64,000 nt of DNA, taken from the NCBI GenBank assembly GCA_951406725.2, contig OX597840.1, forward strand, positions 35,836,001-35,900,000, given 5' to 3'. The notes below the pieces were generated by a model. The model was not told the DNA's origin. It made no database searches and was given only the letters and a program-made list of their open reading frames with translations. This stretch comes from Octopus vulgaris (lineage: Eukaryota). Position 1 is the first letter of the stretch; each line of letters starts with the position of its first letter. Positions 15,588 through 33,076 of the stretch are shown here, piece by piece. Both the position numbers and the translations under genes were made by a program.

Positions 15588-16402
15588 CACGAGGTGCATT
15601 TCAGAAGTTTTTAGGCGTTTTTAGGCCAATCAGATTATAACCGCCCTAGGATTGTTGTAATTTTAGCCTATCATTACTTTATATCTAATAAGCTGAACAA
15701 CTAATTTTCGTTATTCTCGATTGAAGGAGATGGATGTAACAGCATTTTGAACAGGCTTTACTACGAACTGCTTGATATAGCTTAGTTTGCAGAATGCGGT
15801 CGGATGTGATGATAATTTAGATGCTCGCCTTGAGTTAAACTAAGCAAAAAAGCTACAGGAAGTTACGAAAAACTCCAGCTTACTTATGGATTAATTTCCG
15901 TGAACTGAGAATCTGTTTTATGCTGGCACAAGAGATTCAAGTATGGTAGACAGGAGATGAGAGAGATGGAGAGAGGACGATAGGTGTGGGATGGAGATGG
16001 ACGCCAGAACGTTAGAGCTGGTTGAGAGAACCCATCAATTTTCTGGATGAAGATTGTTGTGTGTCTATAAGAGCAATAAGTTTATAGTTTGGAGTTAGCA
16101 TGGCAACTGTACACAGAACCACTTACGAAGATCTAAACATAGGAAAAATCTGAGAAACGTTTGTTCTCAAGGTGCTCAGAAAGAAAGGCATATTGGTGAC
16201 AGCAACGGAATGGTTGAGTTCGTTACCTCCAATCCAGGAGTATCTGAGTGTCTGGCGATCTGTGATGAAGGCTGGATCTGCTGTTATGATCCAGAGACCA
16301 AGAGACAAAGTGTCGAATGGAATCATCCTGGCCCCCTCGGACCCAAGAAGGCCAAGCAAAGCAAGTCCACTGGGGATCTTATGATGATCCCCTTTTTCCA
16401 CA
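15588..16402 (+). mobile_element. Decayed mariner DNA transposon (5' end to first catalytic Asp region)
   Basis: ORF 16210-16632 reads ICDEGWICCYDPETKRQSVEWNHPG..PKKAKQSKS..LMMIPFF, matching the mariner TGDExW..YDPETKRQS motif. TIR-like cacgaggtgcatttca at 15588. Confidence 0.88.
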
Positions 16403-16919
16403 AGCGCTTCTTTTATACTCCCTCTAGTCAAATTACAAGACTCACTACACCGCCACCTTGGCCGGGCGGTGCAGGAATACCAAAAACCTCGTGGTACTCG
16501 AAACCACGTGAGTTGCAAAACGAGCTTCTTAACCACAGAACCATACGTTCACAATACCACTGGAAACTGCTAAAACCGATTCTGAAAACACGTAAACAAG
16601 AACCTCAGCCAAAAATAAACAACAAAAAATAAAACAAACAAACAAGATAATTAGAATAATGTCAGGTAATTACAGAAATGGTTGAGATTTCAATTATTTA
16701 ATTTTGGTGCAAGTTTTCAAAGTATTTTTAAGAGTAAAATTTGTTATCCGTTAATATATAAGTCAGGAAATAGGAGAGAAATTGAAAAATAATTAGCCAT
16801 CTTGTGGCTGGCTGGCTGGTTGGATGGGTGGTAGGTTGGTTGTTTTCAGTTGAGACAGAGTAGAGTAGGACAGTTGGGTGGCGGTGAGAGGAGAGTGTTG
16901 AAGGAAATTTACGTTTAGA

Positions 16920-17290
<371 letters not shown>

Positions 17291-17675
17291 ATCTAAATAC
17301 ACACAGAAATCTTATACAGAAATGGCAATTTCTGTCTGTCAATCAGTCTGTTACAGTCTTGCTGCCTACACCAGTGAACCAATCTTGATGAAACTTTGCA
17401 TACATGTTAAACTAACATCCAGTTCAATTATAGGCAAATTGGATAAAAAAAATATAACCTGGTGGTGGTGGGGAAATTATTTGATGAAATGAGAGGGGCG
17501 CAAAGAGTGTTATTATGAAGGAAATGTGGTGGCTGATATCAGGGAAGGGGAGAACAGTGTTGTGGAAGCGAGAAATATGGAGTGGCTGTGGGATTATAAC
17601 GTTAATATAGCTGTCATTCATGGATGTATACGTGATGTTGCATACGTACTTTTGTAAATACATAGATACATGCAC

Positions 17676-17731
<56 letters not shown>

Positions 17732-18569
17732 CTAACTTTTAAACCGGCAAGGAAGGGAAAGAAAGGTGGGTGTGAGGAAAATGTAGCTTTAAGGAGAGAG
17801 GGAGTAGGTGGCTTTTCTGCTGTCCATCGCGAAGAAACACTCACGCACACACACACGCACACACATACACATATATACTTACGTACATACATACATGCAT
17901 ATGTCTACTATACACCATTTTAAACTTATGATTACCTGTGTGTACGTTTGTAAATGTGAGTGTGTGTTTCATTGTGCGTGTTTGTATGTGTGTGTGTGTG
18001 TGTGTGAGTGTGTGAGTGTGTGTGTGTTTGTGTGCATATATCTATGTATTTACAAAAGTACGTATGGAACGTCGCGTATACATCCATGAATGGCAGCTAT
18101 ATTAACGTTAACATCCCACTGCCACTCCCTATTTCTCGCTTGCACAACGCTTGTGTTTGTGTGTGTGGGATGTCCTATACCTGTCTGTCTCTCTACTTTT
18201 GTAGGGTCTTCCCTGTTGCTGTCAAATATTGTGAAATTTTAAAATTACCTTAAAATGTTCAAAATTGGTATATTGAAGTAATGTTCCACGTTAAATCCGA
18301 TTTTGTTATTTACTTGTTCTGGAAAAATTACAGAAAAATGTTCCTGAGGTTTAAAGTTTAATCAATTTTACCTAATCAGAAAACAGGATTTGGAAGCTGG
18401 CATTTTCTGCATGATTTCAAGTTGTGAAAGTGTAGTGAAGCTGACGACGGTGCTCCAACATGGCCGCAGATCTGGAGCTGAAACAATTTCAAGAGTATGG
18501 AGATATCATACGTAATTGTGTCGATAACAAAACATTGAAATAAAACACCATTGACCATCACGTATATAT

Positions 18570-19550
18570 CGGTTTCAAATTTCGGCATAAGGCCTGCAAT
18601 TTCGTGGGGTGGTGTAAGTCGATTACATCAACCCCGATGCTCAACTGGTACTTATTTTATCGCCCTTTGAAGGATAAAAAGCAAAGTTGACCTCGGCGGA
18701 ATTTGAACTCAGAACGGATGAAATACTTCTAGGCATTTTACCCGGTGTGTTCCCGTTTTTGCCAGCCAGCTCGCCACTTTAGTGTACGAATAGAATAATT
18801 ATTTGTGCTCAAGACACAAGGCGTTGGAAATTTTTGGGGAAGGGGACTAGTCGATTACATCGACCCCAGTGCGTAACTGGTACTTATTTCATCGACCCCG
18901 AAAGGATGAAAGGCAAAGTCGACCTCGGCGGAATTTGAACTCAGAACGTAGCGGCAGAAAGCGTACGAGTGTAATGATTCCAAATTTCGGCACAACGCCA
19001 GTAAATTCAGGGAGGGGATAAGTAGTTTATATACTAACCCACAGTACACGACTGGTATCTAATTTATCAGCCCCGGAAGGATGAAAAGCAGTGTCGATCT
19101 TGGTGGAATTTGAACTCAGAACGTAAGGACAGACGAAATACTTATTTCTTTACTACCCACAAGGGGCTAAATACAGAGAGGACAAACAAGGACAGACAAA
19201 CGGATTAAATCGATCATATGTGCGTAACTGGTACTTATTTAATCGATCCCGAAAAGATGAAAGGCAAAGTCGACCTCGACTGAATTTGAATTCAGAACGT
19301 AGCGGCAGGCGAAATACCTATTTTGTTACTAACCACAAGGGGCTAAACACAGAGAGGACAAACAAGGACAGACAAATGGATTGAGTCGAACATATCGACC
19401 CCAGTGCGTAACTGGTACTTAATTTATCGACCCCGAAAAGATGAAAGGCAAAGTCGACATCGGCAGAATTTGAACTCAAAACGTAGCAGCAGACGAAATA
19501 CCGCAAAGCATTTCGCTTGGCGCGGTAACGATTCTGCCAGTTTACCGTCT
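18570..19550 (-). mobile_element. Composite cluster of five SINE-A units (two heads, three tail types)
   Basis: Five repeats of the gaaaggatgaaaggcaaagtcgacctcggcggaatttgaactcagaacg core. Flanked by accatcacgYatatat at 18554-18569 and 19552-19567. Confidence 0.88.
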
Positions 19551-19784
19551 AACCATCACGCATATATTAACATAGCATTAATCGCCAGCTATAACATATA
19601 TTAACATAAGATTTATTACCACATACATTAGCATTACATTAATCAGCAGGCACGTATTAACATCGCGTTGAACAAAGATTTATGTTATTCTTTTGTTTTG
19701 ATGCCAAAATAATTGACTCCATATTGTGAGGCGAAAATATCTTTTTCTCTGAACCTCAGTTTTCCATTTCCGATAGCAGTATTA

Positions 19785-20760
19785 TGTGTATGTATGTATG
19801 TATGTATGTATGTATGTATGTATGTATGTATGTATGTATGTATGTATGTATGTATGTATGTATGTATGTATGTATGTATGTATGTATGTTATGTACGTAT
19901 GTATTTATGTATGTATATATGTGTATATATATGTAAATATGTTTTATGCATGTATATATTTGCATATATATATATGTAAATATCATCTCTATGTGTGTAT
20001 ATATACACATAAATATAAATAAATATATATACATATATATATGCATAACTATATATATGTATATATATATAACTATATGTATATATATATATATACATAA
20101 ATATATGTATATATATATATATATATATTTAAATGCATATATTTATATATATATATTTAAACGCATAAATATATACGCATTAGCATATATTGTACATATA
20201 TATATGTATATGCACAAGATATATATATATATATATGATATGATAAATTATATATATGTTTATGTGTGTGCGTGTATGTATGCACACACACACACGCCCA
20301 CACACACATATGTGTATATGTCATTAATTTTTGATGTATCTTGCCTCCCCCCCTCCACCGCCGGCTTACAAATATTTAACGCAACGGTTAGACACCAATC
20401 CACCAGCCCTCCCTCCCTCCTTCCCTCCCTCCCGGTTTTTTCCCTTTTCCTCCCTCCCTTCCACCACAAGCTTCAGTTTCCAAGTATTTGTTATCACAGC
20501 ATTTGGCTTCATCTCAAAAAGTTTCAACATCTCTTCACTCACTCACGAAAAGAAAATTATGTAACGAAGCATGAACGGAGCTCAGAGCGAACCGTTCCAG
20601 AGACATTTATCACGAAGTTCCGAGGAAAAATGATTCTTTGCATCAAACCTCTTTCGAAGGCGAAACCGCTGGACAGATTCCAAGCTTGATTTATTGAGAG
20701 AATGTGGTTTCTTAACAGGTTCATGCAAACAACAGAAACTAGATGAATGAATAGATAAAT

Positions 20761-20802
<42 letters not shown>

Positions 20803-21024
20803 ACGCACGGACAGACAGACAGATGGACAGGCGGACGGACGGACAGGCAAGCAATCAGGCAATCATGCAGGTAGATGGGCTGGTAGATAGATAGATCGAT
20901 AGAGATAAAGTTACACGTCGATTGATAGATAATTCCTCTCGCATACATATATATATATGGCAGCGCGTATGTGTATGTGCATCTGCATGCATATATATAT
21001 ATATAAATATACATACATACATGT

Positions 21025-21078
<54 letters not shown>

Positions 21079-21085
21079 GTGTATC

Positions 21086-21140
<55 letters not shown>

Positions 21141-21322
21141 CATGAATATATACATGTACATAGATATACATTTATTTATATATCGATCTATTTATCAATC
21201 TAGCTAGCTACCTACCTATCTATATATTTATGCATGCATACACACACATTTCATGTATAGCATGGATATAATCGCGCGTGTATATACATATATATATATA
21301 TATCTGTATATATATACAAAAT

Positions 21323-21391
<69 letters not shown>

Positions 21392-21429
21392 ATTTGTGTA
21401 GTGCATATGTGTACGAATATATATCAATA

Positions 21430-21509
<80 letters not shown>

Positions 21510-21700
21510 ATAATGCAGTACTTGCACCACGTGCTCGCGTTGTTGTTTTTTCTTGTTTGTTCTTTGTTTGGATTCACTATACATACATACATATATATAC
21601 TATATACCATATGTTCGAATATGCATATATATAAATATACATATAATGTTTGCGTATGCATATATTTGCATATATATATATATATAAACATATAAATCTA
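19785..21700. repeat. (TATG)n/(TA)n/(TG)n microsatellite blocks
   Basis: Visible runs. Includes a short PLE-terminus fragment at about 21510-21580 (ccacgtgctcgcgttgttg...tttggattcacta). Confidence 0.9.
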
Positions 21701-21971
21701 TAAATCTTCATCAGTTATCTGTTTGTTTATCTGTCTATCCATCTATTTATCTATCCATCTACCTACCTATCTACACAGACACATACACACATACTCCCAT
21801 ATCTCAAAGGGAAGCAAGATGAACGAAAGCAAAGGCAAGAATTGTGCCAAAGTATTTTCTCTTGTAACATACAAATACAACTTTCCTAAAAAGTGAAAGT
21901 ATTCCGAAACCACAAACCACATGTAGTTTTTTTTTTCTCATGTAGCCTACCGCATGTTGGTTATCCAATAT

Positions 21972-22206
21972 TTAAGGCGGAGAGCTGGTAGAAACGTTAG
22001 CACATCGGGCGAAATGCTTAGCGGTATTTCGTCTGCCGTTACGTTTTGAGTTCAAATTCCGCCGAGGTCGACTTTACCTTTCATCCTTTCGGGGTCGATA
22101 AATTAAGTACCAGTTACGCACTGGGGTCGATGTAATCGACTTAATACCTATGTCTGTCCTTGTTTGTCCCTTCTATGTTTAGCCCCTTGTGGGTAATAAA
22201 GAAATA
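21972..22206 (+). mobile_element. SINE-A monomer, full length
   Basis: 13-bp TSD ggttatccaatat at 21959-21971 and 22207-22219. Confidence 0.93.
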
Positions 22207-22395
22207 GGTTATCCAATATCTGTCACTTGCAGTTTACAACATGTATTTGCAATATGTACTTTCAGACAGTTTGCCACATGTAGCTAAACAGAGTTGATCA
22301 CATGTAGCGTATCATAACATTCATATAAGTCTGTCTGGTGTAAAGCTTGGTGTTTATGCCTATCCACCAGGCACCAATGATGGGTTTTATACAAT

Positions 22396-22540
22396 CAGTG
22401 GTCCTCAACCGGAGTTTCTACGACCCTTCGAGTTCCACATGACCCTTGGGGGCCCATATAAGATTTCATTGTTAAAATTCGTGTGCCCTAAATTGGTTAC
22501 ACCTCTACAAAACACGATGTATTTTAAGATTAATCGCATA
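22396..22540 (+). mobile_element. hAT/Charlie-like MITE 5' fragment
   Basis: Starts cagtggtcctcaaccgg, resembling CAGTGGTTCTCAACC termini. A possible 3' end of a similar element (gagaaccgct) lies near 1745-1755. Confidence 0.4.
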
Positions 22541-22544
22541 TATT

Positions 22545-22733
22545 CTAACTGGGTCCCACCTGCAAGGCCATGTGCTTTTAATCTTGATATGAGATCTCCA
22601 TGTCACGCACATATGGTTGTGATGCATGTGCCTGGTGTACTCTTATCAGACGGGTAGTCATGATGGGTATATTGGGCTTCGTATATTTTATCCCAATGTC
22701 ACTTTGATGGCATGCACTGATCTCTTATTCATG

Positions 22734-22735
<2 letters not shown>
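22545..22735 (+). mobile_element. Retroposon 3' end running into (TAA)n tail
   Basis: Non-repetitive stretch ending abruptly in a (taa)n tail. Family unassigned. Confidence 0.45.
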
Positions 22736-22788
<53 letters not shown>

Positions 22789-22894
22789 TGATGATGATGA
22801 TGATGTTGATAATGATGATTATTAATAATAATAATAATAATGATGATGATAATGATGATAATAAATAATAATAATAATAACAACAACAACAATA

Positions 22895-22937
<43 letters not shown>

Positions 22938-23049
22938 TGATGATGATGATGTTGATAATGATGATAATTAATAATAATAATAATAATGATGATGATAATG
23001 ATGGTAATAATGATAATTGATAATAATAATAATAACAACAACAACAATA

Positions 23050-23092
<43 letters not shown>

Positions 23093-23129
23093 TAATAATA
23101 ATATATACTCATGTTTTGAGTTCTTTTAT

Positions 23130-23204
<75 letters not shown>

Positions 23205-23900
23205 AATACACACATACACATACATCTATAAATACGCACATACGCATACATAAACACACAATCAAAGGTATACATACATAGATAGACAGATCATCAGACG
23301 AAACCAGAGATTGAAGAATGAATATATATTTTGACGAATTCTTCGGAAAACCTCTCCAAGACACATCGTGACTGCATCAAGAAGAAACGCGAAACAATCA
23401 CAATGTTTGGATTGGAAATTCTTATTTATTGTAAGACAATGGTAAACAATATGTTTTTAATAAAAGATTTCTTCATTGTATTTACCAAAATAATATTACA
23501 AAATAATGGTAACATACCCCCCACCACCCACTCAACCTCACCCCCGTCTATATTCCGCCTCCCCCTCTCATATACACGAGTCGTCCTCGTCGTCATCACC
23601 TTCTTCTCCTCCTCCTCCTTCTTCTTCTTCTTCTTCTTCTTCTTCTTCTTCTTCTTCTTCTTCGTCTTCTTCTTCTTCTTCTTCTTCTTCTTCTTCTTCT
23701 TCGTCTTCATCATCATCATCATTGCCATCATCATCATCATCATCATCATTGCCATCATCATCGTCATCATCGTCATCATCATCGTCATCATCATCGTCAT
23801 CATCGTCATCATCATTGCCATCATCATCATCATCATCATCACCATCACCACCATCACCAAAATCATCATCATCAAAATCACCACCACTGTCTTCTTCTTC

Positions 23901-23932
<32 letters not shown>

Positions 23933-24020
23933 CTTCTTCTTCTTCGTCATTCTTCCTTCTTCTTCTTCTTCTTCTTCTTCTTCTTCTTCTTCTTCTTCTT
24001 CTTCTTCTTCTTCTTCGTCA
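22730..24020. repeat. (AAT)n, (CA)n, (CTT)n and (CAT)n microsatellites
   Basis: Visible runs. Confidence 0.92.
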
Positions 24021-24419
24021 TTCTTCATTCTTTCTTCTTTGGGCTTCGAATGAAGGGCAAATGAAATATATTAAATATATTCTAGACACGTTACATATGC
24101 GTGTGTCTGCGAGCGTGTGTAGGTGTGTATAAATATGATATATGCACATGTATATATATATATATAATATACACACATATAAATACATATATGTGTGTAT
24201 ATGTACGTATACATATATATAGATATGTATATATATGAATATATATATATTCATTTATGTTCTTATATATACATAGAGAGAGACACACATACACGCCCAC
24301 ACAAACGCTTACACACACGCATGCACAAATAAATTGTACACATATCCACATTAATATTATTTGCATTATATTGTTTGTATGTGCCAAAATATCTCAAAGA
24401 GCATGTGCATATATATATG

Positions 24420-24472
<53 letters not shown>

Positions 24473-24544
24473 GCGACGGGCTTCTTCCAGTTTCCGTTTA
24501 CTAAATCCATTCACAAGCCTTTGGTCGGCCCGAGGCTCTAGTAG

Positions 24545-25571
24545 AAGAAACTATTGGTCATCTTATTCTCAGCAGTTTGCTTACGGAGATGAGGCCATTA
24601 ACAAGAGCAATGAACACAAATGGATGAGGAATTTTACAAAATAGGAACTTAACACCGAAGAAGAATTTCGCAGTAGGAGACCATCAACTTCGACCACTGA
24701 GACAAATCACAAGCGAATTATCAAACTGATTCACAACACACACACATGACAGATGATCCACGACCCGTGAATTTATTGCACAACTGCACTGTAGCCTCAA
24801 TAGATTAAAGAAAATGGTGGAAGACTTTGGATATTGGTAAGTGTGTGCAATGTGGGTATCTCGGACGTTGGCGCCTAATTTCAAGGAGAGAAGCTGTAAG
24901 TCTGTTCTGATCTGCTGCAAGCGTTTGAAGTCAATGAAAAGACGTTTTTTCTCCGATATGGTGACAGGAGATAAAATGTGGACGTAGCTTCATGGATCGG
25001 AAACGAAGGATCAATCCACGGAATGTTGCCACATCTCTTTCTCAAAGCCAAAGTCAAGGAATTTCAAGAGCTGGCGATTGGCACGGGATGTGGTGTTGAT
25101 GGTTTTTTCTTGGGGGACAAAGTTCTCTTTGATTTTATGGAACGTGGCTGTAACGTAAGTGGCACACAGAGAAATCATTTATAATGGAAAACATAAAAAT
25201 TTACTGACGACCCACATTTAGCAGTGAGAAACCAGACACATCTTCGGTAAGATATCAAGCAACAGGCAGCGAATAATCTAAATACGGTACATACCGACAT
25301 TCTTCTGTTCTACAGAAGACGATCTTTGTTGATAGCTCTTTGATGACACAGACGTGGTTTGAAGTGGCTGGGAAGAGGTGGTAGTGCGGTGCGCACGCGA
25401 AACATTCCCGAAGAGTATTTGGAAGCCGGGTTTAACGATGGCACAGATACATCGCTTGTGGTGGAGAAAATGTTGAGGAGAAGAGGTATCTCTCAACACG
25501 AACAAATTGAACTACCAACACCACTTAAAGATTTGTTCTCATTTTGCGTTACTTTCGGTAGAACCGTCGTC
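24545..25571 (+). mobile_element. Heavily decayed mariner transposon
   Basis: Frameshifted motifs YGDEAINKSNEHKW (HTH), RSRRPST, VCAMWVSRTL (WVPRxL), VTGDKMW, RWHRYIACGGENVE. 3' TIR-like ttactttcggtagaaccgtcgt. Confidence 0.85.
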
Positions 25572-25579
25572 TGTGAGTA

Positions 25580-28140
<2,561 letters not shown>

Positions 28141-28239
28141 CAAAAAGTACCGGAGTCCATTCATTGTACCAAAATGTCTAAGGCGGTGATCCAACATGGC
28201 CGCAGTCTAATGACTGAAACAAGTAAAAGATAATATATG

Positions 28240-28273
<34 letters not shown>

Positions 28274-28294
28274 TGTATGTATGTATGTATGTGT

Positions 28295-28500
28295 GTGTAT
28301 ATGTTTCTGTGTATTTGTCCCCCAGCATTGCTTGACAGCCGATGCTGGTGTGTTTTTCGTCCCCGTTACTTAGCGGTTCGGCAAAAGAGACCGATAGAAT
28401 AAGTACTAAGCTTACAAAGATTAAGTCATGGGGTAGATTTGCTCGACTAAAGGCGGTGCTCCAGCATGGCTGCAGTCAAATGACTGAAACAAGTAAAAGA
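28295..28500 (+). mobile_element. SINE-B 3' half (extra tail fragment at 28175-28232)
   Basis: cttagcggttcggcaaaagagaccgatagaataagtac...ggcggtgctccagcatggc...gactgaaacaagtaaaag. Confidence 0.88.
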
Positions 28501-28508
28501 ATATATAT

Positions 28509-29593
<1,085 letters not shown>

Positions 29594-29708
29594 TTATCAA
29601 GTATATACCTTACAAATAAAACATTATATAAAAATATAAAAGACACAACATGCGAAATAGCAGTGTAGTATATATATATGTGATATGTTGTGTCTTTTAG
29701 ACACCTCA

Positions 29709-29772
<64 letters not shown>

Positions 29773-29776
<4 letters not shown>

Positions 29777-30030
29777 AATGTAAGTCAAGGTAGAAAATAC
29801 TAAAATAATTTTATCGTAAAAAACATTTCAGTACCGGTTTCAGTCATTGACATCTTTTCAAATCTAAGTATGCAAAACAATTAAATTTTGGAAAAATTAA
29901 ATGAAAAGTTTTTTAAAAGAATATTTGCATAGTATTCAAATACAAGGGGCATTTCCTTGTTCCTGACTGTCTCTGTAAGTAATGTGGACAGATTTTATAT
30001 AAGAATATAATCAGAAATAAGTCAGGTTTA
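29773..30030 (-). mobile_element. Probable PLE terminus with degenerate hammerhead (29828-29867)
   Basis: Minus strand TTGAAAA-ga-tgtc-aat-gact-GAAA-ccgg-TA. Abuts (TA)n. Confidence 0.45.
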
Positions 30031-30103
30031 ACCGTCAGAGAAGACGTATACTCAAAAGCCTTCCTGCCGTGTCCATCCCTATCAATCTCCTTTCCAATAT
30101 ATT

Positions 30104-31258
30104 TATTTCTTTATTGCCCACAGGGGGCTAAACATAGAGGGGACAAACAAGGACAGACACGGGGATTAAGTCGATTATATCGACCCCAGTGATTTACTGG
30201 TACTTATTTAATCGACCCCGAAAGGATGAAAGGCAAAGTCGACCTCGGCGGAATTTGAACTCAGAACGTAGCGACAGACGAAATACCTATTTCTTTACTA
30301 CCCACAAGGGGCTAAACACAGAGGGGACAACAAAGGACAGACAAGGGGATTAAGTCGATTATATCGACCCCAGTGATTTACTGGTACTTATTTAATCGAC
30401 CCCGAAAGGATGAAAGGCAAAGTCGACCTCGGCGGAATTTGAACTCAGAACGTAGCGACAGACGAAATACCTATTTCTTTACTACCCACAAGGGGCTAAA
30501 CACAGAGGGGACAACAAAGGACAGACAAGGGGATTAAGTCGATTATATCGACCCCAGTGATTTACTGGTACTTATTTAATCGACATCGAAAGGATGAAAG
30601 GCAAAGTCGACCTCGGCGGAATTTGAACTCAGAACGTAGCGACAGACGAAATACCTATTTCTTTACTACCCACAAGGGGCTAAACACAGAGGGGACAACA
30701 AAGGACAGACAAGGGATTAAGTCGATTATATCGACCCCAGTGATTTACTGGTACTTATTTAATCGACCCCGAAAGGATGAAAGGCAAAGTCGACCTCGGC
30801 GGAATTTGAACTCAGAACGTAGCGACAGACGAAATACCTATTTCTTTACTACCCACAAGGGGCTACATACAGAGGGGACAACAAAGGACAGACAAGGGGA
30901 TTAAGTCGATTATATCGACCCCAGTGATTTACTGGTACTTATTTAATCGACCCCGAAAGGATGAAAGGCAAAGTCGACCTCGGCGGAATTTGAACTCAGA
31001 ACGTAGCGACAGACGAAATACCTATTTCTTTACTACCCACAAGGGGCTAAACACAGAGGGGACAACAAAGGACAGACAAGGGGATTAAGTCGATTATATC
31101 GACCCCAGTGATTTACTGGTACTTATTTAATCGACATCGAAAGGATGAAAGGCAAAGTCGACCTCGGCGGAATTTGAACTCAACTCAGAATGTAGCGGCA
31201 GACGAATTACGGCTGCGCATTTCGCCCGGCGTGCTAACGTTTCTGCCAGCTCGCCGCC
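30104..31258 (-). mobile_element. SINE-A hexamer: one head and six ~184-bp units
   Basis: Units start at 30104, 30288, 30472, 30656, 30839 and 31023. TSD (cc)tttccaatatatt at 30089-30103 and 31257-31271. Confidence 0.95.
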
Positions 31259-31599
31259 TTTCCAATATATTACTAAGATAATGTTACTAAAGAGCAATTT
31301 AATTATTATTTCTAGCATATCTGGCGACCACTTGATAGCTTCCCAGTTAGCACATGCTTGATTGCTGGTTTGAAGTTTATTTATATTCATATACCAATGC
31401 ATGTATGTATATGTTTGTCTCGTTGCGTAATTGTTGTGTACGGGTGTATATAAAGTGATTGAAATGGCCTTTGAAGTTCGCTGTGTATTTAACAATGTAA
31501 TAAACGCTTGCATTTTACATTAAATAAGAGACAAACAAAGCGAGCACTTTGAAGTCCCCTGGCGGATTAATTCCTCTTGTGATTTTACCGAAATTTACA

Positions 31600-31742
31600 T
31601 GTATGTGCTTTTGTGGGTGTGCGTGTGTGTGTGTGTATGTGTGTGTGTGGGTGTGTGTGGGTGTATGTGTGTGTGTGGGTGTGTGTGGGTGTGTGTGATA
31701 TATAATAAAAATATTATATATACAAGTATGCAGATATACATG

Positions 31743-31784
<42 letters not shown>

Positions 31785-31846
31785 CATGGATGCAGTTATA
31801 TATGTATATATGCAGTTTATATATATATATATATATGCAGTTATAC

Positions 31847-31877
<31 letters not shown>

Positions 31878-32325
31878 CGCATATATGCACATACATATGC
31901 ATATATATATACATACATACACATATATATGTAAATAGATGTGTATGTATATATATATATATATATATACATGCATATGCTTATATACATGTGCATGTAT
32001 GTATTTATATACACACGCACACCTACAGACACATACACACATACAGACACATATACACATACACACACACGCACTCGGATACATGCATGAATACATAGAT
32101 AGATATATTTATAGACCTTCACATATGTAGATACATACAAGCATGTGTGTATATATCAATTAATATATATGTATATACATACATACATATGTATATATGT
32201 ATACATACCTATACTTATTTGGATACATGTGTATATATTTCGATATGCTTTCATACGTAAAACATACCTAAATTCACAGTCACACACACATACCCACGTA
32301 CACACACACATACACACACACACAC

Positions 32326-32374
<49 letters not shown>

Positions 32375-32520
32375 TGAACATGTGCATATGAAGTACGTTG
32401 GGTTTAAATACACAAGTGTATTCGTATATATATATGCATACATACACACACACACATATATATATACACACACATATATATACATATATATATGCATCTA
32501 CATACATACATACACACACT
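31600..32520. repeat. (TG)n/(TA)n/(CA)n microsatellite
   Basis: Visible run. Confidence 0.93.
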
Positions 32521-32821
32521 GTAAAACTCTAAATATAAGTCGTAGTGTCTGTGGTTGTAAATACGGAGACAAGCAATGAAAGAAATGTTTAAAAGAATCC
32601 GGTTTTACTTAATATTTCTTTAAAGCGAAAATGAGATTTCGTAAATGAGTGAAACGTGTTTGGCCTAAGTGCGTGAAGAGTTTGGTATAAAATGTGCTTC
32701 TGTGAGATGAGGTACGTGGGCCAGCGTGTGTGAATGTGTGTGTATGTGTGTGTGTGCGTGTGTGTGTGTGTATGTGTGTGCGTGCATATATGTGTGTCAG
32801 TATAATTACGCACACAGATAT

Positions 32822-32952
32822 ATGTGTCTTGATCAGCCGAAATTGCGAGGATGATCCAGTTCTTGACTGAAGATTAAAGGCTTCGAATGACCCGTCCGTA
32901 TTTTTTGTATCGTATCGTCTATCTGGATGTTTTGCGTTCTTGTCCCATTTTG

Positions 32953-32960
<8 letters not shown>
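32822..32960 (+). mobile_element. Family F 3' fragment
   Basis: Homologous to about 2946-3075. Confidence 0.65.
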
Positions 32961-32999
<39 letters not shown>

Positions 33000-33023
33000 T
33001 ATATATATGTATATACAAACATA

Positions 33024-33073
<50 letters not shown>

Positions 33074-33076
<3 letters not shown>

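Noticed and set aside
30104-31258. CRISPR-like array
   Set aside because: Units are fully repeated SINE bodies with no unique spacers, in a eukaryotic context.
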